This document shows, piece by piece, positions 43,676 through 51,206 of a DNA stretch of 64,000 bases (position 1 is its first letter; each line of letters begins with the position of its first letter). A program made the translations under genes and the position numbers. This DNA is from Spirochaetia bacterium (GTDB lineage Bacteria > Spirochaetota > Spirochaetia > CADAEX01), in contig OY759746.1 of assembly GCA_963662795.1 (NCBI GenBank), positions 3,104,001 through 3,168,000 on the forward strand, written 5' to 3'. Below the pieces are notes generated by a model that worked only from the letters and a program-made list of their open reading frames with translations, did no database searches and was not told where the DNA came from.

Positions 43676-45532
43676 ATGGAAATTGAAGAGAAAAATTACC
43701 GGCTCCTGAAAGAAAAGTTAAATATTGACCTGAATATGCTCAACTTCAGGGATGATATGATTGTTGAGAGATCTTCAAAAGGGGAGCCTACTGTCAGAAT
43801 AGGAAACCGCTATATCCACAGCAGGCATGACCCTTCGGGTGAAGCCCGGAAGATCATAGCATCAGCCATGGAAGAAGGTTTTGACTGCTGGGTTTTCGGG
43901 GGCCTGGGCCTTGGTTATCATCTTGAAACATTTCTTGAGCTTAACAAAGAGGCAAAGGCGGTAATAGTTGAGCCTGAACTTTCTTTTTTATCTGCCGCGG
44001 CAAAAAACCGTTCCCTTGAAAAAATAATAAATTCTGACAGGGTGTATTTCGTCCTCGGCCCTGAGCCGGATGCAGTTTCTCCCTGTCTTAATTCACTGCA
44101 GTGCGAAAGAATAAAATATTTTCAGATAAGGTCTGAATATGAACTGTCTCCGGATTTTTTCGAAGAGTCTAAAAAAGCGGTTGCGCGCTATGTATCGAGA
44201 AAAGAAATAAACAACAACACATTAAAAAGATTCGGGAAAATATGGGTAAAGAACCTCTGTGATAATCTTGCCGAATTTACCGTATCACCCGGTCTTGTTC
44301 ACCTTAAGGATTTATTTAAATCCATCCCTTCCCTGATTCTTGCCGGGGGGCCGGGCCTTGATTCTGTATTGCCTTTTCTCGGAGAATTGAGAAAAAAATA
44401 TCTTCTGATTGCTGTCGACACATCATACAGGGCCTGCCTCTCATTCGGCGTGATACCAGATATCCTTATTGTTGTCGATCCCCAGTACTGGAACTCACGG
44501 CATCTTGACAGATGCGGCAGCAAAGGGACAGTGCTTGTCTCAGAGCCTTCAACCTACAGCCGGATATTCAGGAATTTCGGCAATTATAAATTCTTTGCAG
44601 GCTCTGTTTTCCCTCTCGGGCGATATTTTGAAGGTACTACATTTGAAAGGGGAAAAATCGGGGCTGGAGGCTCTGTTTCAACAAGCGCCTGGGATCTTGC
44701 GAGGCAGGCAGGGTGCAGTGAGGCTCTTTTCGCCGGGCTTGACCTTGGATACCCTGACAAAAGGACCCACTTCAAGGGGAGCTTTTTTGAAGAGAGGGCC
44801 CACACCCTGTCCTCAAGGCTCCGTCCTGCCTCTGAGATGGATTTTTCACTTATTACAGATGCCTCACTGATTGAAACAGAAAGCTCTTCCGGAGGTGTGG
44901 TTTTTACAGACAGAAGACTGATCATCTACAGACAGTGGTTTGAAGAGCAGTTTCTTATTCATGATTTCAGGACTTTAAACCTGTCTCTTAACGGCGTGCT
45001 CATAAAGGGAATGAAGACAGCTACCTTAAGGGACGCACTTGATAAACCTGATATAAGGGATGAAATCGACGGCAGACTGGAAAAACTAAAAGCATTTTCA
45101 GAAAGTTACAGGGCTTCCAGAGGAAGCGGTTATATAGATGAAACACTTAAAAACATCAGGGAATTGCTTGAATCCTTTAAAACCCTTAAAAATTCCGCAC
45201 TGAAAGGAAAAAAAGCGGCAAGAACCCTTCTTTTTAGGTTTGGAAACAGTATCGGCTTCAAAGACAGGCAGAAGAAAGAAATGCAAAAACTCTTCACTGC
45301 GCTTGATGAGGCGGATATGGAGGTTCTTGCCGGAAGCGGGAAAAGCATGGCCGGATTTCTTCTGCAGGATGTAATCAGAACCATAACAGGGGATGCCGGT
45401 TCAAAAGACTTTGGCTCGGTAATAGGAAAATCACTGAAAATTTATACAGAACTTGAGCAGTCATCTGATATCCATATCTCTAACCTTAAAAATAGCCTGA
45501 AAGCGCTTGAAAAGAAAAAATCACGGCAGTAA
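43676..45532 (+). CDS. Motility-associated factor (Maf, DUF115) glycosyltransferase-like protein
   Basis: IHSRHDP..EA, GLGLGY, AGGPGLD, AVDT, VDPQ, GGSVST and GLDLGY. Confidence 0.82.
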   Translation: MEIEEKNYRLLKEKLNIDLNMLNFRDDMIVERSSKGEPTVRIGNRYIHSRHDPSGEARKIIASAMEEGFDCWVFGGLGLGYHLETFLELNKEAKAVIVEPELSFLSAAAKNRSLEKIINSDRVYFVLGPEPDAVSPCLNSLQCERIKYFQIRSEYELSPDFFEESKKAVARYVSRKEINNNTLKRFGKIWVKNLCDNLAEFTVSPGLVHLKDLFKSIPSLILAGGPGLDSVLPFLGELRKKYLLIAVDTSYRACLSFGVIPDILIVVDPQYWNSRHLDRCGSKGTVLVSEPSTYSRIFRNFGNYKFFAGSVFPLGRYFEGTTFERGKIGAGGSVSTSAWDLARQAGCSEALFAGLDLGYPDKRTHFKGSFFEERAHTLSSRLRPASEMDFSLITDASLIETESSSGGVVFTDRRLIIYRQWFEEQFLIHDFRTLNLSLNGVLIKGMKTATLRDALDKPDIRDEIDGRLEKLKAFSESYRASRGSGYIDETLKNIRELLESFKTLKNSALKGKKAARTLLFRFGNSIGFKDRQKKEMQKLFTALDEADMEVLAGSGKSMAGFLLQDVIRTITGDAGSKDFGSVIGKSLKIYTELEQSSDIHISNLKNSLKALEKKKSRQ

Positions 45533-45672
45533 TAAATATACCCGGCTTATAAACATATCTTAAAAATCTTCAAGGCAGTCTTGTCCCTGAAATTCGAAAA
45601 GAACATTAAAGGGGCTCTCCCATCAGACCGAAAATAATACTGAGGGTTGCTTAATTATTTGGTCCTCAAATT

Positions 45673-45711
45673 ACGGTATGCAATACTGACGTCCAGGCAT
45701 ACCGTTTTTTT
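45673..45711 (+). terminator. Rho-independent terminator at the island boundary
   Basis: ACGGTATGC-N15-GCATACCGT followed by a T-run. Confidence 0.65.
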
Positions 45712-45758
45712 ATTTTTAAATACTTGTCAGATAAGAACTTATTCTGCTATACCTGTTC

Positions 45759-45794
45759 CCTGCACCATTTCCTACACCATTTCCTACACCATTT
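45759..45794 (+). repeat. Three tandem 12-bp direct repeats (putative integrase arm-type sites)
   Basis: CCTGCACCATTT-CCTACACCATTT-CCTACACCATTT, ending 29 bp before the integrase ATG. Confidence 0.8.
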
Positions 45795-45823
45795 TATTTT
45801 TAATTTTGATAAGGGGTCAATAA

Positions 45824-46986
45824 ATGCGTAGCAGAAAACCTTATTCATTGGTTAAAAGAAAGCCAAAAAAGGGTCATGTATACCATTATCGCTTCTATGA
45901 TGAGACAGGCAGACGCAATAAAAGAAATACCGGGCAAACAACAATTGTAAAAGCCCATGAGTATGTTCTGTCTCTTTTAAACAAGGGCTCCCTGGTATCA
46001 GAGAAAAAAGAAAAAGAACTTCCAGTCAAAGGAATTACCACTTTTAAAGATTTCGCAGAAGAATATTTCGTCTGGGGGAAGTGTGATTATATCCTTGAAC
46101 GGAATAATTTCGGCGGTAAATCCATTTCAAAGGAACATGCATATACTGAACGGCAATACCTGGTTAACTGGATCAGGCCGTATTTTAAATCCCGGGATAT
46201 GGAAACAATTTCCATAAATGATATCAAAAGCTTTGTATTTTATCTCAAGAAGAAGGGAACACTTTCAGATGGGACCATTAACCATATTTTAAAACTGGTT
46301 AAAATGGTCTTTTCTAAAGCTCATCGGGATGAGGTAATTGAAAAAATCCAACAGAAGGACTCCCTTATTTAAGAGTGTACCAGAAAAACCGCGGGATCCT
46401 CACGATAGAAGAGGCACATAAGCTATTTAAAGAAAGTGACATGATGGAGGTTTGGGGAAATGAAATGCTCTATGCCTTAAATCTGTTTGCGATAATGACC
46501 GGCTGCAGGAGGGGTGAAATTCTTCGCTGCAGAATAAGTACGTTCACAATGAATATGTAGAGATAAAACACTCCTGGGGGAAATTAACAGGCCTTAAACC
46601 TACAAAAACAAAGGAAGAGCGGGTAATTCCTATACATCAGGGGTTATCCAGGTATTTAACAGAGCTTAAAGGGGAGAATCCGGACGGGTTTATATTCTCC
46701 TATGATGGTGGGGAAAAGATATTCCCGAAAAACGAGATATTAAAAGGTCTTTATGCTTCACTTGAGAAAATTGGGATAACTCAGGAAGAGAGGGAGAGGC
46801 GAAATATCACTTTTCACTCATACCGGCATTTCATTTAATACCTATTGCCGGTCCCAGAATGTAACAGACGACAAGGTGAGGGCAGTCACAGGGCATAAAA
46901 CACAAGCTATGGTTGATAATTATACCCATTTCAGGGTTGAGGATTTCCGGGAGATACTTGATGTACAAGGGACTATTATTAATTGA
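45824..46986 (+). pseudogene. Tyrosine recombinase/integrase with three frameshifts
   Basis: Fragments join as ...EVIEK/NPTEGL...TGCRRGEIL/LQNK...ITFHSYRHF/FNT...VTGHKTQAMVDNYTH. Catalytic R, HxxR, H and Y are all present. Shifts near 46346, 46525 and 46833. Confidence 0.9.
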
Positions 46987-47118
46987 GTTAAAAAAGTATT
47001 GTTGCAGTAATCAATAAACATGCTTAAAATAAATATGAGAACTGATTTTATTTTTCAGATAAGTTTTGACATTTTTAATTGAAATATTGCATTTCAGGTA
47101 GCAATCGGAGTTATAAAT

Positions 47119-48273
47119 ATGGTTCAGGCATTAATTAAACCACAAATTGTTAAATGGGCTCGTGAGAATGCAAATTTAAATGAAGATATAATTGCAGCCG
47201 CCTTAAAAATAAAGATAGATAAATACCTTGCTTGGGAAAATGGAGAGGAGTTGCCAAGTTTTATTCAAGCACAGAAATTGGCAAAAAAACTTCAAATACC
47301 TTTTGGTTTTTTATATTTGAATAAGCCACCTGAAAAGTCTATCCCTATCCCTGATCTGAGAACTATTAATAATATTAAGAACGATTTTAGTATAAATTTT
47401 CAGGACATTATTAAATCTGCATTAAGGAAACAAGAGTGGCTAAGTAACTACTTAAAAGGTGAGGATGAAGATAAAGTCGATTTTATTGGCAAGTTTGGTA
47501 TTAATGATGACTATCATACTATAGCAAAGGATATTAGAGAAAAACTTGATATTGATATTAAGGCAGCAAAAAAAATTAAAACATGGGCTGATTATTTAAG
47601 TTATTTAGCACATAAAGCTGAATTAAAAAATATAATAGTTTTAAGAAATAGTGTTGTTGGGAATAATACGAATAGGCATCTTAATGTATCTGAATTTAGA
47701 GGATTTGCTATTTGTGACCAATATGCTCCTCTAATTTTTATCAATACAGATGATTCTAAAGCTGCTCAAATATTTACCTTTGCTCATGAATTGGCTCATT
47801 TATGGCTTGGCGAAAGTGGTATTTCTGATATTTTTATTGATACAGACAACGAAACACAAAACAAAAATATTGAATATTTTTGTAATTCTATTGCGGGTGA
47901 ATTTTTGATACCAAGCGATCTAATAATTAAAAATAAAAATATCAACTCTCAAATACTTTCTGATTTAGCAAATGAGTTTAAAGTTAGTACCGTTGTAATA
48001 TTGCGTAGAGCATATGATTTAAAAATTATTAATAAAAACACTTATTACAGCTTGCTTGAAGTAGAAAAAGAAAAACAAAAATTACCCTTAAAAACTTCTT
48101 CCGGGGGTGATTTTTATAAAACTAATCTTCTTCGAAATGGAGAGATATTAACTAATTATTTAATTAATTCTGTCTTAGAAGGAAAAGTTTTATACAGAGA
48201 AGCTGCATTAATTTTAGACGTTAAAGTTGAGACTATCCGAAAAATAGCAGATCAAATGAGCATTAGAAGCTAA
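47119..48273 (+). CDS. XRE-HTH + ImmA/IrrE (DUF955) metallopeptidase fusion
   Basis: N-terminal HTH (KWARE...AWENGEELPS), PDLRT, FRGFAI, INTDDSKAAQIFTFAHELAH (HExxH) and FKVS. Confidence 0.9.
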   Translation: MVQALIKPQIVKWARENANLNEDIIAAALKIKIDKYLAWENGEELPSFIQAQKLAKKLQIPFGFLYLNKPPEKSIPIPDLRTINNIKNDFSINFQDIIKSALRKQEWLSNYLKGEDEDKVDFIGKFGINDDYHTIAKDIREKLDIDIKAAKKIKTWADYLSYLAHKAELKNIIVLRNSVVGNNTNRHLNVSEFRGFAICDQYAPLIFINTDDSKAAQIFTFAHELAHLWLGESGISDIFIDTDNETQNKNIEYFCNSIAGEFLIPSDLIIKNKNINSQILSDLANEFKVSTVVILRRAYDLKIINKNTYYSLLEVEKEKQKLPLKTSSGGDFYKTNLLRNGEILTNYLINSVLEGKVLYREAALILDVKVETIRKIADQMSIRS

Positions 48274-48758
48274 TGGATACATTTTGTCTTGATTCAAATA
48301 TCTTTATAGAAGCGAAAAATGGTGCTTATGGTTTTGACATTGTCCCTGGCTTTTGGAATTGGTTAGATTATAATATTGAAAAAGGAATAATCTATTCCCC
48401 TATAAATGTATATCAAGAATTAATTGAAAGTGATGATGACTTAGCTATTTGGGCAAAGGATCGGAGAGATAAAGGATTATTCAGGCTACCAAATGACGAA
48501 ATTCAAATTTTTTTCAGTAAAGTTGCAGATTTCGTAGTTAATACTTATCCGCCTGAATATGCAGACCCCTTTTTAAATGGTGCTGATCCATGGGTTATAT
48601 CATATGCAAAGATTAATAATTCGAAAGTAGTAACTCGAGAACGATTTTTGTCTGGTACCCCTAAAAGAGTAAAAATACCGAATGTATGTGAATATTTTCA
48701 TATAGCTTACCTTGATACATATACGTTGCTTAGAACATTAAAAGCCCAATTTAATTGA
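48273..48758 (+). CDS. DUF4411 family PIN-like protein
   Basis: LDSNIFIEAKN, YGFD..PGFW.WL, ADPWVISYA, VVTRE and KIPNVC; TAATG overlap with the upstream gene. Confidence 0.88.
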   Translation: MDTFCLDSNIFIEAKNGAYGFDIVPGFWNWLDYNIEKGIIYSPINVYQELIESDDDLAIWAKDRRDKGLFRLPNDEIQIFFSKVADFVVNTYPPEYADPFLNGADPWVISYAKINNSKVVTRERFLSGTPKRVKIPNVCEYFHIAYLDTYTLLRTLKAQFN

Positions 48759-48783
48759 ACAATACTTGAATCACCTCAATTAT

Positions 48784-48812
48784 TCCCCCTGTTATATATC
48801 CAGGGGGATTTT
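48784..48812. terminator. Terminator between convergent TA operons
   Basis: TCCCCCTG-N9-CAGGGGGA then TTTT. Confidence 0.6.
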
Positions 48813-48877
48813 ATAATTTATAGGCATTAATTCTTTAAAATATAACTATTTTACAAAAAATTATGAATCATTTAGCA

Positions 48878-49999
48878 TTAACCAACTAAAATATTTTGAG
48901 GAAAAAGATCTTTTACTTTTTTCTTATAACGAGATAATTTTTTATACTCAACATAACCATTATGTTGTAAAATACCAAGTATTACGGATACTTCTATTTT
49001 TAATTTATTTGATATATTTAAGAGCGTTGCGTCAGTAAAATAATTGATAAATGGTTTTGAAAGTTCTATAATCTCTTTCACTTTTAATATTTCTTCAGCT
49101 TTGGAATCTGCTTCCTTTTCTATTTTTGATATTGAAGTATCTTTATGATCAAAATCATCAAGGGAAAAATAATCTTTATTTTTTGATAGATGTAGAAGTA
49201 TATGAGCTATTTCATGAGCTAATGTAAACCAAAAATTATCAATTCGATCATATCTGGCTGTATACACAATAACAGGATTTTCTTCTTCAAAAAAACATGC
49301 TCCATCTAAATAAGTTTTTGAAAGATGTGATTGAACGAAAAATTTTACACCCGCAGCATTTAAAGATTTAATTATCTCATTTACTCCATTTTCTTGAATT
49401 GTATATTTTGTTAAATTCTTTGATATTTTTTCTAATTTATTCATATCATACTTAGGGACAATAAAATTTCTTGAATGTTTTTTTGCAATTTGGTACCATG
49501 TATAACTATAGCGGTATGTGAAATCTTCATTTTCTTTTGATTGCCTTGCACAAAATTTTTTAGCTCCATCATAAAAGGAGAAATCAAGAGAGGTTACATC
49601 CCAAATCTTTTTATAAAGTTCTTCATAGTCTCTTGTTTTGTTGCTTGTCTTAAACCATCCTTTCTTATAAATTTCTAAAACAGGCATATATTTTCTAATT
49701 TCAGCCTTTTTTTTAATTATATTTTCTATTTTTTGTTTATTATCAGGTAAATTTAATCGGTAATTATTATCAAGGTTTAACCAATATTCTGGACTTGTCT
49801 CAAAGGCATTTGATAATAATTTTGCTGTTTCAACAGATATTTTTTGTTTATTGGTAATAATTTGACTTATTGTTTTTCCTGATAATTCAGTTATTTCAGC
49901 AAGATCTTCTTGTGTCCAACCTAAAGCGTCTAAATTCCTTTTAACTATGTCTCCAGCGCCTATTAAAATATAAGGCTTAATATAACATGATTTTTCCAT
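48878..49999 (-). CDS. higA: HigA-family antitoxin fused to an ImmA/IrrE metallopeptidase domain
   Basis: GWTQEDLAEI...ISVETAKLL..AFETSPEYWLNL HTH; DRIDNFWFTLAHEIAH (HExxH) and EKEAD. Confidence 0.85.
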   Translation of the reverse strand: MEKSCYIKPYILIGAGDIVKRNLDALGWTQEDLAEITELSGKTISQIITNKQKISVETAKLLSNAFETSPEYWLNLDNNYRLNLPDNKQKIENIIKKKAEIRKYMPVLEIYKKGWFKTSNKTRDYEELYKKIWDVTSLDFSFYDGAKKFCARQSKENEDFTYRYSYTWYQIAKKHSRNFIVPKYDMNKLEKISKNLTKYTIQENGVNEIIKSLNAAGVKFFVQSHLSKTYLDGACFFEEENPVIVYTARYDRIDNFWFTLAHEIAHILLHLSKNKDYFSLDDFDHKDTSISKIEKEADSKAEEILKVKEIIELSKPFINYFTDATLLNISNKLKIEVSVILGILQHNGYVEYKKLSRYKKKVKDLFPQNILVG

Positions 50000-50022
50000 T
50001 GATACCCTCCGCCAAATAACAA

Positions 50023-50331
50023 TTAGTGATAATGAACACTAATTTTATCTATTCCAATTATTCCTTTTAGTTTTTCATTATCCTCCCATTCAATTTCAAC
50101 TTCTAATCTGTATTTCTTTGTTAATCTTAACGAATAGCGGTTTTTAAATTTTTTAAGTCTTTCAAAATTTAACGATGGTTCTTTGCGTAAGTCATATATA
50201 TTATTTGCAGCACATAAACTCGCTATGACTTCAAAGAAACTATGTATAACAATTTTATCGAGTTTATTCTTTCTGGTTTTCCCGCTTTCATATAAGTTAG
50301 CAATTTCTTTATTCAGAAATCTTACTTCCAC
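50023..50331 (-). CDS. higB: HigB/RelE-family toxin
   Basis: MEVRF.NK...LYE, PSLNFERLK and YSLRLTKKYRL; toxin precedes antitoxin; GTG start, probably leaderless. Confidence 0.85.
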   Translation of the reverse strand: MEVRFLNKEIANLYESGKTRKNKLDKIVIHSFFEVIASLCAANNIYDLRKEPSLNFERLKKFKNRYSLRLTKKYRLEVEIEWEDNEKLKGIIGIDKISVHYH

Positions 50332-50337
50332 TCACAA

Positions 50338-50366
50338 AGTATCGGGTAATATTGTTCAAATGTCAA
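50338..50366 (-). promoter_or_regulatory. sigma70 promoter for higBA
   Basis: Minus strand TTGACA (50366-50361), N17, GATACT (50343-50338), with the GTG start 7 nt downstream. Confidence 0.7.
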
Positions 50367-50372
50367 GGCGTA

Positions 50373-50391
50373 TTTTACCTAAAAGGTAAAA
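50373..50391. promoter_or_regulatory. Palindromic operator between divergent promoters (candidate HigA site)
   Basis: TTTTACCT-AAA-AGGTAAAA, nested inside an outer inverted repeat CAAATGTCAAG/CTTGACATTTG. Confidence 0.6.
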
Positions 50392-50396
50392 CGATC

Positions 50397-50425
50397 TTGA
50401 CATTTGTTGTTAATTGTGATATAAT
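50397..50425 (+). promoter_or_regulatory. Consensus sigma70 promoter for the small-peptide mRNA
   Basis: TTGACA (50397-50402), N17, TATAAT (50420-50425); a perfect consensus. Confidence 0.8.
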
Positions 50426-50426
50426 A

Positions 50427-50493
50427 ATAAAAAATGGAGCATAAAAAGCTCCACCCGTAATTTTGCGGAATGAAGCCATTAATTTATTGTGGT
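50427..50493 (-). ncRNA. Putative cis-antisense small RNA (about 65 nt) complementary to the peptide mRNA leader
   Basis: Has its own minus-strand promoter (50528-50500) and ends in hairpin UGGAGC-N7-GCUCCA followed by UUUUUU. Confidence 0.55.
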
Positions 50494-50499
50494 ATATAA

Positions 50500-50528
50500 A
50501 TTTTAACTGGTTTTTATTCCTCTGTCAA
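50500..50528 (-). promoter_or_regulatory. sigma70 promoter for the antisense RNA
   Basis: Minus strand TTGACA (50528-50523), N17, TAAAAT (50505-50500). Confidence 0.65.
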
Positions 50529-50596
50529 TATTTTTTTGCAGCCTTATACGTTGTATTTGGAGCAAAATTGCGCAACTTAATGCGGAGGTAAACTAT

Positions 50597-50728
50597 ATGG
50601 CTAAAACAATTCATGTAACTGGGCATAGAAGATCAACACCTTCTTCCCCGCCATATAATGGTTCGGGACATAAACCAGGGCCCAAAACTGTCCCTGTAAA
50701 ACCGTATAACAGAAAACCACCTAAATAG
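50597..50728 (+). CDS. 43-aa basic proline-rich peptide (not in the ORF track)
   Basis: GGAGGT RBS 7 nt before ATG; MAKTIHVTGHRRSTPSSPPYNGSGHKPGPKTVPVKPYNRKPPK; terminator immediately after the stop. Confidence 0.7.
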   Translation: MAKTIHVTGHRRSTPSSPPYNGSGHKPGPKTVPVKPYNRKPPK

Positions 50729-50730
50729 GT

Positions 50731-50760
50731 AAAAAAGCCCTATTTATATAGGGCTGTTTT
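50731..50760. terminator. Bidirectional terminator
   Basis: A-run, AGCCCTAT-TTAT-ATAGGGCT, GTTTT; between the peptide gene and the convergent Abi-like gene. Confidence 0.75.
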
Positions 50761-51206
50761 CATTACTTTTCCTTACTTAATCCCACTTGCTAAGAAAACA
50801 ATAGAGGTTGCAGTCAAATTAAGAATATATTCAACATATTTTTCATCTACATCAATTACTTTAGATCCCTGTCCGTGTCCACTTAATTTATTGCGTAATG
50901 TTGGAACACCAGATTCAAGTATACTTTGTAATCCATTGTAATGGCTTTGTAAATACGATGGAATATACCCCTTATTAAAAAGAAGTGAAATTAGGGTTTT
51001 CGAAGTTGCGTTTTGGTCATATATAATCCTTAATTCAGTTAAGACAATTTTAATTGTGCTTTCAAACGCTTTTAGGCAATCATTCATGCATTCTTTATTC
51101 TCTTTTTTTCTATAATGACTATGAGCAGATAAAAATTCTTGTTGTGCACCAGAAAACTTTTTATTATTTAAAATTTCTAAAGCTGGTTTGATAATTTCTT
51201 TATGAA

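Noticed and set aside
45759-45794. CRISPR array
   Set aside because: Repeats are 12 bp, directly tandem, have no spacers, and no cas genes are present.
45533-45823. tRNA or tmRNA integration target next to the integrase
   Set aside because: No T-arm (GTTCRAATC) or cloverleaf on either strand; the GGGGCT at 45611 is not followed by tmRNA-like sequence.
50434-50499. Tiny upstream ORFs in the peptide leader (MEHKKLHP and MKPLIYCGI)
   Set aside because: No clear RBS and too short to support; they cannot be excluded as regulatory uORFs.
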